From: Octopus sinensis
Taxonomy: Eukaryota
Length of the DNA stretch: 64,000 nt
NCBI RefSeq assembly: GCF_006345805.1
Contig: NC_043015.1
Span: 23,374,001-23,438,000 of the forward strand
Direction: 5' to 3'
Shown here: positions 1 to 13,084 of the stretch, in pieces
Layout: the number at the start of each line of letters is the position of its first letter
How positions within the stretch are numbered: the first letter of the stretch is position 1
Notes under the pieces: model-generated
Told to the model about the DNA's origin: nothing
Databases searched by the model: none
Seen by the model: the letters and a program-made list of their open reading frames with translations, nothing else
Program-made: the position numbers and the translations under genes

Positions 1-1046
1 AGCCACGTGATCATTGAATAAAAGCAAATAATATAAAATAATATAAAAGGAATAAAACTTGGTTGAAAGCTAGATGGGAGAGGGTGATAGTATGTAATGT
101 GATAAAAAGAATGAAGGCAGAGGGTTAAAGGGGAAATACATTTAGTTAAATAAAAGTATGGTATGGGTGTGAAAGAGAAAATAATTGTTGAGCGCGGGAA
201 GAAAATTCTTTAGATTTTCCGTTGACATTTTTCAGCTTCAATACAATCCGCTGTTATAGATAATAAGCACACTCTCACAAATAAACACATAAACGCCTAC
301 AGGTACACACACACGCACACGCTGGCACATATGCACACACACACATATATATGCATATAACATACACAGATATGTAGATGCATACATATATACAGACTTG
401 CATAAAAGAGAAAGTATCGACGAAGCACTGGAAGGAATGAAGGAATTTCCTTGATCGAACAAAATGTTCCCGCTCTTCCTCTCTGTCACTCCCGTCCCTT
501 TCCTTACGCACCCGTATTTCTTTTCACATATGAACAATGATTAAAACGCATAGGAGGGGGAGGCGTAACAAATATCTGAAGATCCAAACACAAATGTGTG
601 ATCCCTCATAAAAAAAGTGTGATTATTATTTTGTTTTATTATTATTATTTTTTTAATGAAATTAGGAGATTTATAATTCAGAACTGGTACCGCAATAAAA
701 AGCGATACAATTTGACATAGCCTCATTCTCCGTTGCCATAAAATGCTTTGAATATTTTGAAGGAGAGAAAAAGAAAATAGAAAGAAAAAAAGGTGCAAAA
801 ACAATGAAAATGAATAAATAAAACATTCTGAATAAAATGATCAATAGAGATTATCGGAACAAAAGACATATGAACGATGTAGCAATTCCTGTAAATTTTT
901 CTGTGAACACGACAACAACATGGAAATGAGTTGCTGATACAACAAACGTTTTACCACTATGGATTAGAAACGTTAGATTGTGATTCTTATTCAGTCGATT
1001 TAAATAACACAGCTTTGATATCACAACAATGCCTGCATCATGCATG

Positions 1047-1047
<1 letters not shown>

Positions 1048-1108
<61 letters not shown>

Positions 1109-1160
1109 CATTATTATCATGATTGCCATCATCGTCCCCATCATCATCATCATCGTCATC
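1048..1160. repeat. (ATT)n grading into (ATC)n microsatellite
   Basis: Direct reading; it explains the poly-I/L/Y ORFs at 851-1249. Confidence 0.95.
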
Positions 1161-2465
1161 ATAGCTGTTTTTGTTATTTCAATATTATTATTTTTTGTTA
1201 TTTTTTGTTTTTGATGTTTCGCTTTTTAAGATTATTACACTATTTGTGATGAATTTGTTTTTTCCCCCTTTTTTTACTTTTCTTACGGCACTTGGATATT
1301 ATGCATTTGGTTGATATATAAAATAAAATATATTAAAATATATTTATTTTGAATAATAGCTAATACGAAGTCAAAAAAATAAAAAAATTCTAATAAATGT
1401 TATCTATAATTCTACTTTATATTAACATACCTTCCGGATATGATTCGCTAATAGATATAATTTTCTATAAAATAAATGCTGGTAATTTGCAGAGAAGTAA
1501 ATTGATTTTTTCTTTTTTTTGTGAAAGAATAAGTTAACATATACACCCACATCCACTTACCACACTCAATTGTATATACACGTATACGCTTGCATATACG
1601 TTTATATGCATATGGGAGTACTTCGTATGTGGGTATGTTTATGCGTAATTTATTGTATATGAAAGTTTGTGTGTGTGTGTCTATGTATGTATCTTTGTGT
1701 ATGTGTGCCTGTGCGCGTGCAAATTTATCTATATGTATTTATACGATAGCTCATCGTTCAGTTTCAGAACAAAAAATTGTGTTTACATTCGTTCTCTCCT
1801 AAAGGTTGATATGCATTAATGGAATTTTATGAAACAATCAATGAAATGACTTAACGATTGAGCAGAAACACTAAAGGTATCCGGGAAATAAATAGAAAGG
1901 AATATCGATTTGTTGTATCGACACGAAAACCATAAATTTCTATGGGTAAGAGTATAGACGAATGCGACGAACCTTACCCAACCAATACTGGCATTCACGT
2001 GAATATGGATGGGAAAAGAAAAGAGTAGTGTCCTTTTTGTAGGCATAGATCTGAAGGCAGAATATTCTTGTGTGGAATTGCATGGTAGAATAGAGCGGGC
2101 CTGTATTTCGTCCATAGGAATCCATAATTTATCAAAATATCATAAGAAATTGTACATGATTGTATGCAGTAAGAATTATATGCATTTAGTTACGAACAGC
2201 ACCAAAGTTTAGTCCGATACTAATATTTCTTGCCTAAGAAGAATGAAACAAAGTTGGAATATATTGTATTTGAGGTGGAAGCATGTGGAAATATGTGTGT
2301 TTGTGTTCGTGAGATTATGTTGTTTTCTTGATACGCCAAATAATATATAAATGTCTCTCTGTGCTTGCACATATTTCAGAATGTATTCATATTGCATCAC
2401 AGTATGTTATTACGCCTTAAATACAAATCATAGAATTCGATATATTTTTGCAAAAAATGGCGTAT

Positions 2466-2468
<3 letters not shown>

Positions 2469-2549
<81 letters not shown>
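2469..2549. repeat. (TA)n microsatellite, representative of many (TA)n/(CA)n/(TCTA)n arrays (e.g. 4627-4668, 9445-9665, 9857-10100, 29680-29850, 30250-30810, 56780-57020)
   Basis: Direct reading. Confidence 0.95.
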
Positions 2550-2552
<3 letters not shown>

Positions 2553-2596
2553 CATGTATCTATATATATATATATACATTCACGTTAGGGATAGGC

Positions 2597-2780
2597 TGTC
2601 CGATATTGTTATATATCGCTGGTCGAAATGACGTCATCCCACTGGCTAGGTGAGTTGACCAGCATTCCCCACAATTCATCGAAAAGGGGTTTGGAACGAC
2701 GTGAAATGAAGTGTTTTGCTTAAGTGCACAAGGCGCTGCCCAGACAGGAAATCAAACCACGATGTGACACTAGCCCACCC
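2597..2780 (-). mobile_element. Degraded SINE fragment (family 4-like, with CORE-like segment)
   Basis: atcgctggtc...aaatgacgtcatcccactggctag resembles the reverse complement of the 46717 SINE body. The following gtgttttgcttaagtgcacaa resembles the CORE-like box of the other SINEs. Confidence 0.5.
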
Positions 2781-3002
2781 GCTCTCACTCTATGTGCGTG
2801 CATGTGTAATTTGTGTGTGTGTGTGTCTGTGCAAAACTTTACATATATACATATACATGTATATAGTGTATATATATATATATTATATATATATATACTC
2901 CTTTATAATTAATAATATCAAAGGGTATTCAGAAATATAATTAATTTTTATTACCAGTAGACTAGCGTGTAAAATATTTAGTCAATAGACTATATATTAT
3001 TC

Positions 3003-3262
3003 ATATAAATATAGTGTACATTTAAAGACATAAGAGGCATCCATCATAGGATTCCTTGCACGCTAGAGAGGACAGTTAAATTCCAAACCACTATTAGGGA
3101 TAAAATTTCGTAGGTAAAGTAAAATAAAAACATTTACCCATTTTTCTTTTCATTCGAAATTTTATCCCTAATTGAGGTTTGGAATTTAACTGTCCTTTCT
3201 AGAGTGCAAGGAATCCTATGGTGGATATCTCTTATTTGTTTAAATGTACACTGTATTTATAT
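3003..3262. mobile_element. Foldback/MITE-like element with ~107-bp imperfect inverted arms
   Basis: Left arm 3003-3110 (atataaatatagtgtacatttaaagacataagaggcatcc...gataaaatttcg) is nearly the reverse complement of 3155-3262. The spacer is ~44 bp. Confidence 0.85.
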
Positions 3263-3437
3263 TCATTTTTATGCATATGCGTGTGTACACACAGACATAA
3301 CAGAATTAATATCCACACTTATAATCATTGTAATTTATTTCAATCTGAATTTATAAATTCAAATAATGTATTAGTTGTTGTAAAGTGGATATTTGATATT
3401 TAGTTGACATGCTCTTTGCATTTTTCTATGCAAGGAC

Positions 3438-4340
3438 TCAATTAAGCATGTTACTGATCACATGACAAATATTCTGTTGAGGAATTCCTTGCAAAGTTTC
3501 ATGCAATAATCTCAAAAAATCTGGCTTTGTAGTTCTTTTTATGAAATGTCTTGTCCAATATGGCCCACCGGTGTTCCATAGTGACCATATCTGGGGACTG
3601 TCTTGGCCATGGAAGCTTGTTAATGCCATTACCATGCATTTTAACCGTGTGAGAAGAAGCGCGATCTTCCATAAATAAACTTTAATCTTCTTTAATCATT
3701 TAACTGCAGGAGAAGATTTGAAGAAGTCCTATCTCCAATATGGACACACATTGATCTGAGTTTATGTTTCCCTCATACTTCACTAGCTCTCATCATCCAT
3801 TGCTCCAAATTGCTCCCCCAGACGATCACAGAAATGCAGACGTGCTTCATTCTTGGCTGCAATCTTTTCACATCAAATTCCTTATCATAGAGACTCCATA
3901 CCCACACACAACCACTGTTAGAATATACAGAAAATCTGGATTCATTAGACAATGTGTCCTTCTCGATCATCTCACTGGCTCAATCTTTTCTCCGATTGAT
4001 ATTGCTGGTCGAAGAAGTGTCTTCCTTCTTGCTGCTCTGCCATAGTAACCCAGGTTGTGGGGACACCTGACAGCTATTCTGTGACTGACATCAACTTGTT
4101 CTGCTATATCAGAAGCCTTACAACGAGGATTATCCTCCACACTTCTCTTAGCAAAGGGAAGGGTCCTGTCAGAGGGCCCTGCCTGATCTGGACGAGGTGA
4201 TGTGAACTGCTTCTTCTCTCTGGTGAATTGCACGATCACTCTATTAACTGTAGAAAGCAGGATCACAAGGGTTTCTGCGATTTTACACTAAGTCCACCGT
4301 CAGAATGACCCACAATACGGCCTCTTTGGAATTCAGACAT
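3438..4340 (-). pseudogene. Tc1-family transposase pseudogene
   Basis: Minus-strand frames give MSEFQRGRIVGHSDGG...STVNRVIVQF (HTH), GRAARRKTLL, SNESRF, VIVWG, FMEDRASSHT, LPWPRQSPDMVTMEHRWAIL and GIPQQNICHVISNM. These are Tc1 DDE motifs broken by frameshifts. Confidence 0.9.
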
Positions 4341-4621
4341 TTCCAAGGATTATTTTGTACATGGCCTGATTAACAGTCACATACAGAACCTGAAACATAA
4401 ACATGTCATTAATAAAAAAATATATAAACATTTACGTTAGACTAAATATAAATGGATGTTTTATGTGGTGTCTATTTAGTTTTATCATCTCTCTCTCTCT
4501 CTCTCTTTCTCTTTCTCTGTCTATTGATATATAAGTACACTTTTATAATAAAACATATTACTCTACCCCTGGTGTTTAAGTACTCTTTTTTCCACCTTTT
4601 TCACATTTATGTGCTTACTCC

Positions 4622-4672
<51 letters not shown>

Positions 4673-5164
4673 GAAAACAGTTGTTCTTGCGTTATGTCCT
4701 CGTAACCTGATTGTTCGGCAGAACAGATCGATGGAATATGTAGCAGTGTTATAGAATTAAAAATGACTGCGGTCTGTTCTTCCAACTAAACTACTTAAAG
4801 GCGTTGTCATAAGATGGCTTCCCTATAAAGACTGAAACAATTAAAAGATGAAAGACACATGACAGTCAAATATAAATTTATATAAGAATATAAATGCACT
4901 GATTTAAATCCACAAACATACTCGCATACACACAAGCACGCTCTCACACAAAAATTTACATAAGTGTGCCCAGGCATATGTCTCAGTGAATGTTCATATA
5001 ATTATATATCTATGCCCAACGTACACTCACGGAGACAGGGGAGTTGTATTCTTAACAGGCGATTATCCAACAGGAACTGCTATATCGGTTTATTATACAG
5101 TTATGCCATTGGGATACACAACATGAATTTCAACGCAGAAACACATCTTGAAAAAATACTAAAA

Positions 5165-5311
5165 AGAAGAAGGCTTGCTTACCAACCACATGTTTCCGGG
5201 ATCAGTCTCACTGCGTAGCACCTTGGGCAAATATCTTCTACTATAGCCTCGGGCCGACCAAAACCTTGTGAGTGAATTTGGTAGACAGAAACTGAAAGAA
5301 GCCCATCGTAT

Positions 5312-5367
<56 letters not shown>

Positions 5368-5485
5368 TGCGTCTGTGTTTGTGTGCCCACCATCGCTTGA
5401 CAACCGTCGCTGGTGTGTTTACATAAGAAACCTATAGAATAAGTACTAGGCTTACAAATGACTGACACAAATAAAAGAATAAACG
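5165..5485 (+). mobile_element. tRNA-derived SINE, family 1 (CORE-like ccttgggcaa box, internal (TG)n)
   Basis: Same modules as the 11688 copy: caccttgggcaa..tcttctactatagcctcgggccgacc, gaaactgaaagaagccc, (TG)n, atcgcttgacaacc, aataagtactaggcttacaa. Confidence 0.85.
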
Positions 5486-5548
5486 AACATTATTTATATC
5501 ATTTGCAATTAAGAGATATTTGTCCTCATCTTATTTGTTGTTAACATA

Positions 5549-5745
5549 ACGTTTCAGCTGATATACCCTCCAGCCTTCATCAGGTGAAATTTCGAACCGG
5601 GGTTCTCATTCCTAAGGTATTTTTCGATGTTGTTGTTGTTATTATTATTATTACAACATCGAAAAATACCTTAGGAATGAGAACCCAGGTTCGAAATTTT
5701 CCCAAGACACCTGATGAAGGCTGGAGGGTATATCAGCCGAAACGT
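5549..5745. repeat. Inverted duplication with a hammerhead-like core on each strand (Penelope-type terminus)
   Basis: 5549-5635 is the reverse complement of 5653-5745, apart from a small indel. The + arm reads gacac-CTGATGA-A-GGCTG(gagggtatat)CAGCC-GAAAC-GT at 5706-5745. Confidence 0.8.
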
Positions 5746-5830
5746 AAACATTTGTTTACATTTAAACTAATATAATGTTATTTTGTAGAGTAATAGAATT
5801 AAAATTTCTTTGATTAAAACTGGTTCTAAC

Positions 5831-6908
5831 ATGGACGTATCCAAAGAGCATTTGAGGAACATAATGTTTTATGAGTACAAAAAGGTCACTCTGTAGCCGA
5901 AGCGCCTCGATTTATACACTCAGTTTATGGAAAAGAATGCTTGAATGAAAGAACTTGCAGATGGTTTGCCAAATTTAGAAGTGGAGATCGAACAGGACGT
6001 CCAGTTGAGTTTGATGATAAGCTCCTTGAGGCATTACTTGAAGGAAATTCTGCATTATAAGACGAAGAATTGGCAAGAAAGCCTAGTTCAAACCATACAA
6101 CTGTTCATCGTCATCTTCAACAAATTGGAATGGTTCCTAAACTTAGAAAATGGGTGCCTCGTGAATTGTCCGAAAGCAACCACAGATCCCGAGTTGACAT
6201 CTGCTCTTCTCTCCATTCTCGCGAACTCATTTCACTCTTTTTGGAGAGATTCGTGACTAGTGACGAAAAATGGATCTTCTATCGAAATGTTAAACGTCGT
6301 AAAGAGTGGCTGGGTAAAAAGGTAAAAGCTCAACCACAACCGTGAAGGGAACTTCATGGGAAAAAGGTTTTTCTCTCTCTCTCTGGTGGGATTTCAAAGG
6401 CGTAATTCACTTTGAATTGTTACCACCTAATGCAACAATTAATGCTCAAGTCTACTGTCAGCTATTAGAGCGTTTGAATCAAGCTGTTAAAAAAAGATCT
6501 GCTTTAGTGACTAGAAAATGCGTGATGTTCATTAGGACAATGCTCGACCCCACACTGCAAAGATCACATCACAGAAGATCGAAGAGTTTGGTTGGTAAAA
6601 AATTCTCATCCACCTTATTCTCCCGACCTTTCTCTTTCAGACTACCATTTGTTTCGTAGTTTACAGAAGCATTTCGGGGACATAACTTTCGCAAGCCAGG
6701 AGGAGGTCGAAACTGACATTTCAGAGTTATTTGCTTTGAAACCAAAATAGTTTTACATTGATGGGATTAAAAAGCTTGTAAATAGATGGACGGAAGTCAT
6801 AGATAATCAGGGAAAGCACATTGATGATTAAATTTGAATTAAATATAACATTTGATCACTTGTTTTCTTTATTCAAAATTCGGACAAAACTTATGGGATG
6901 ACCTGATA
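5831..6908 (+). pseudogene. Mariner (DD34D) transposase pseudogene with probable 3' TIR
   Basis: ATG at 5831 (MDVSKEHLRNIMFYEY). Motifs WVPREL, VTSDEKW, DNARPHTA and YSPDLSLSDYHLFRSL are present, ending IDD* at 6831, with stops and frameshifts. A TIR-like cggacaaaacttatgggatgacctga followed by TA lies at 6881-6908. No 5' TIR seen. Confidence 0.93.
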
Positions 6909-7661
6909 TATATAAAGGTGTTATTCAAATCATCCTTAAACTGCCAGCGTATTCCGAAATGGAATATGTCATTTCATCTTTATAACCTGTGGTGCATGGA
7001 ACACGGACTATTGTCATACATCGAGAATTGGCTACTTTGTCAGAACTAATGCGTTAGCGACTGGATGGGGTTTTTCTCAGTCTCCGATGAAGGGAACTAG
7101 CTTAGATAATAGAAATGTTGAAACACAAACTGGAATATAGAATGTTTAGATTTTGACGTTTCAGATATTTTCAGGTGCAGCGACTTCCTCGGCAAGTATG
7201 GTGGTCAACCAATACACGTATTGTATTTCTCCCCGACGTTAATCGTTATATTAAAGATCTTCTTTTATCTACATTTATTTTTTAGACTATATATTTCTTA
7301 CAAAGAAAAAATAATTCCGAACCATCAAATGTATTGTTTATACTTCTTCGGGCGACACCAAATGCTTTTAATTGTGAACCAATTTAACAACAGGCTGGAG
7401 GCTGGCAGTCAATATATTATTTAGGTACACCTGGATGCGTGTAGGTTCATTTTTGATAACAAGCCCATGTATTATTTACATAAAAAAGGGAAACTACACG
7501 TGTAATACATAACTTAGAAGCAGCGCTTCAGACATGGCCGCCCTCATGCACTTCTCATGAGAAATACCGGAAGGAGGTACGTGAGACGACTGAAGTGACG
7601 CTTCTGGAGAAAGAAAACCGTTGGAAAACCGATTATTGCAGTGACTCGATCAATACCTCGG

Positions 7662-7703
7662 GATATCTGAAGAAGGAATTTATATATTCCGAAATATTAT
7701 ATC
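7662..7703 (+). ncRNA. Minimal type I hammerhead ribozyme-like motif
   Basis: GATAT-CTGAAGA-A-GGAAT(ttatat)ATTCC-GAAA-TATT-ATATC. Stems I and II are perfect 5-bp helices, stem III is the palindrome AATATT, and the triplet is AUU. Confidence 0.65.
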
Positions 7704-7805
7704 AGACTATTCATGATTAAATCATAACAGCTATTATAATCCATTGTTGTGCCATTCAAGACACCACACACACACACACATACACATATAATATTATATT
7801 ATGTT

Positions 7806-7990
7806 AAGGCGGCGGGCGAAATGTTTATCGGTATTTCGTTTGTCTCTTCGTTCTGAGTTCAAATTACGCCGAGGTCGACATTGCCTTTCATCCTTTCGAG
7901 GTCGATAGATTAAGTACTAGTGGCGTACTGGGGTCGATCTAGTCGACTGCCCTCCCCCTAACAATTTTGGGCCTTGCACCTAGAGTAGAG
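7806..7990 (+). mobile_element. tRNA-derived SINE, family 2
   Basis: B-box-like gagttcaaat, gcctttcatcctttcg and ttaagtac...gggccttg, shared with the 17341 and 41855 copies. Confidence 0.85.
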
Positions 7991-8591
7991 TAGAGCATTA
8001 TTTTATTTTATATTCATAGTATTTAATGTAATATCGTAATATAAATAAATTATTGGATTGTCAATAGAACATCTCAATATTTAATTTATCGTTATATATA
8101 CATATATATATATATATATAACTTTTAAATACGCGAAGTGTATTCAAAATAAAGCTCCTATTTTATAGCCAGAGTGGCCTTTATATGGGCAAGAAGAGAT
8201 AAACATCCCTCAGTAATTCATCCAGTGATGCACTATTGCTTGAAATGGTTCAATGATTATCAACCGGATGTCCACAGATAATAGTGCTATACTGTACTTA
8301 ATCCCAAGGATACTGATTCTGATGTAAAAATCACGTGTGTAACGATATATCAAATATTTATAAATACTATCCTAGAATTATAGTCATTATTATATTTATC
8401 CTCCATTATATCAATATAACCATGAGGCAACTCCGAAAATCTGACGCACTCGTCAGTAACATTAAACGGTAGCCGGCATATTGAAATAAGAGTTTTATTT
8501 GCATACCACTGACGTTACCTTGAACAACTTAAAAGATATATATATATGTGTGTGTGTGTCTTTGTATGTGTGTATACGTATGTATATATAT

Positions 8592-8645
<54 letters not shown>

Positions 8646-9033
8646 GTGTGTGTGTGTGTGTGGACGTTATGTGAGTAGTGATATATGAGTGTTTATATGT
8701 CTTTATATATGTGAATATGTGCGGCACATATATGCAGACATACGCATGAATATGAACATAAAAACACATCTACTTGCCATAGTCCCATTGTAATTACCAT
8801 GATTTATTTCATTTTTCAGTTACCTATTTTCTTACATGCGGCTTTTATTTTACCTTGAAATCAACCTGCCACAAACTGTGTACATATATTTGCAATGGAT
8901 ATTGTTGTACATTCCGCAACACCTTCTTCCCATATTTGGAAAATTTTCATACGACATATCATGTAGACATACAGAACATTTATTTAATATTTATGCATCT
9001 ATTTCATTAAACATTTAGACAATATAAAACATG

Positions 9034-9065
<32 letters not shown>

Positions 9066-9439
9066 GCATATATATGCTGATGGGCAGGGAGGAAATTTAT
9101 GTATTCTATGAAATTTAAGTAAATTGTAAATTTCAAAATTGGCAGATATCAAATTATATAAATGTTTAAATATACGAAAATAAAATTATATCTAACAAAA
9201 AAGAAATAACGCTTTCACTTACATTTATACCAATTTGACAACGTCATATCTATACGTTAGCATTCGATTCAACGGCAATTGTTTCAGTAAAACAAATGTT
9301 GTGTCTGATTGTAAGAAACACAACACACAACGTTATATAATACCTACACTCACCAAAGAAGAAACACCCATGAATACATTCTTATAAGTGTCAATATATA
9401 CATATAAGTATTTATCTATGTATCTATCTCTCTGTCTCT

Positions 9440-9501
<62 letters not shown>

Positions 9502-9566
9502 TATATCTAAATATATACATATATATACACATCTATATTTATCATCAATCTATATATATATCTTTT

Positions 9567-9628
<62 letters not shown>

Positions 9629-9704
9629 CATCTATCTATCTATCTATCTATCTACGTATCTATCTGTCTAACTCTATATATAGTTTGCGGCACATATATA
9701 CAGA

Positions 9705-11036
<1,332 letters not shown>

Positions 11037-11273
11037 ATATATATATATATAGTATAGATGTATGTACATATATGTATGTATATATGCATATATATTATAT
11101 ATATATATATATATATGCATATATATATATATACATACATTACGCAATTCTATATACGTATATGTCTATATGTGTACCTATATATGATATATGTCTATAT
11201 AGAAGTATATATACATGTGAGTATATGGATTTGTGGAGAAATAGATACATAAAATATATACCTACATGCATAT

Positions 11274-11345
<72 letters not shown>

Positions 11346-11687
11346 TATACAGAGAGGGGTTTTCTATTTAATAGATTGGTGTTCCCTTTGCTACCACGCG
11401 GGCTCGCCTCCATGCTCACTGCACGTGACCTCGTGTGTGAGTGGGGTGTATGTGCGTTTATGCATGTGTGTATGCTTGTGTGTGTGTGTGCTCGAGCGCG
11501 ATAACCGCATGACTTCTCACGTTACTTTGTGTAGTTCTCCGTAATCTGAAGCTCCAGCAAATATATTTCATAAAATGAGCTCTAGTCTTAGAAACGATTA
11601 CTGAAGCCTATTACTTATCATAGAAACTTCCTGTTTGTGCCATTGTGATCCGCGTACAGTGAGAGAAACAAATATGAAATAATATAA

Positions 11688-12058
11688 CAGGCGCAGGTAA
11701 ATAGCTTACCTCCCAACCATATGGTTCCGGATTCAGTCTCACTCTGTGGCACCTTCAACAAGTGTTTTGCTATATCCTCAGGCCGACCAAAGCCTTGTGA
11801 GACGGAAACTGAAAGAAGCCCGTCGTATATATAATGTTTGTGTATGTGTGTGGATATTTGTGTTTGTTCCCACCCCTCACTATTGCTTCACAACCGATGT
11901 TGTTGTGTTTCTCGTCCTCGTAAGTCAGCGGCTCGAAAAAAGAGACCGATACAATAAGTACTAGGCTTACAAAGAATAAGTCCTAGGGTCGGTTAGTTCG
12001 ACTAAAGGCGGTGCTCCAGCTTGGCCACAGTCAAATGACTGAAACAAATAAAATAATA
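11688..12058 (+). mobile_element. SINE family 1, near full length
   Basis: Head caggcgcagg...ggttccggattcagtc, CORE-like caccttcaacaagtg, internal TG-rich linker and tail ggcggtgctccagc...caaatgactgaaacaaataaaa. Confidence 0.9.
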
Positions 12059-12084
12059 TGCGTACACATCCACTCGCATTTATA

Positions 12085-12225
12085 CGACGAGCTTCTTACA
12101 TCTTCTTCCATCTTCTGTCTATCAAATGCACCCACAAGGCTTAAAGTAGAAAACACTTGCAGAAAGTGCTACGCAGTGGGACTGAACCCGGCACCATATG
12201 ATTGGAAAACAACCTTCTTTATTTC
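12085..12225 (-). mobile_element. SINE family 1, 5' fragment
   Basis: agtagaaaacacttgc...gcagtgggactgaacccggcaccatatg matches the reverse-oriented head of the 25001 and 43076 copies. Confidence 0.7.
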
Positions 12226-12329
12226 GTTACATTTGCCATTAAGTCAGTAGATAGAGTAAAGTAATTTTGCGGGCTGGACAAGGACATTAATGAATGAATG
12301 ATAATGAAAGAAAGATGATAAGGATGGGA

Positions 12330-12863
12330 GAAGACAAAAAGCCCCTGCCGACTTCTGCTTCTCTAAAACATTGTTCTTTAAAACCAAACACAAAACGAGG
12401 TATTAAACATCTTACAACTTTTACAACTTTTCACCTACACTTACACTTCCCTTAGGCAATGCCCCAGCTCTAGGTCGGGGCCCCTCAAGACGTATCTAAA
12501 CATGTCCTTTGAGAAAGTGTTCATTACCCTGATCATAGCGACATCCGATATGATCTTCGTAGTCACCTGCGAAGGCCACTCTTCATCCCCTGTGTGAAGA
12601 CAAAAAGCGCCCGCCGACTTCTGCTTCTCTAAAACATTGTTCTTTAAAACCAAGCACAAAACGAGGTATTAAACCTCTTACAACTTTTACAACTTTTCAA
12701 TTTATGGGCTTAACAGTCCATTACAAACAACAAAATAGTTCAATAATTACATATAATATAAATACAATACACAAAGCCCCTCCTCCCAGACCTGGCTTAC
12801 ACTTCCCTTAGGAATGCAACAGCTCTAGGTCGGGGCCCCTCAAGTCGTATATAAACATGTCCT
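12330..12863 (-). repeat. Partial tandem duplication A-B-x-A'-y-B', possibly retroelement 3' ends
   Basis: A 12330-12432 matches A' 12596-12698, and B 12440-12508 matches B' 12796-12863. It contains ttacaacttttacaac repeats similar to those after the gag-like ORF. The duplication is certain; its origin and strand are inferred. Confidence 0.7.
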
Positions 12864-13084
12864 ATCAAACATAAAACAATACATTATCACTTCTCCCTTC
12901 CTCCTCTTTCCGGACCTCCAGTCAAATATCTAGCCGCCTGCAGAGCAGAACACGTTGACAGCCGGGGAGTTCAGAAAGAAAGTGAAGTGCCTATTATCAA
13001 ATGTTTGTGCCACACAGTGTCACAATTTATGACTCATCCTCAAAATAACTTGTGCCCGCAACCTCTTCCCATGATACGTGGGAA

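Noticed and set aside
7081-7180. CCGATGAAGGG on plus and GAAACGTC on minus
   Set aside because: Isolated half-motifs with no stem II pairing.
8440-8457. ctgacg-cact-cgtcag hairpin containing CTGACGA on the minus strand
   Set aside because: No downstream GAAA or stem III; a simple short palindrome.
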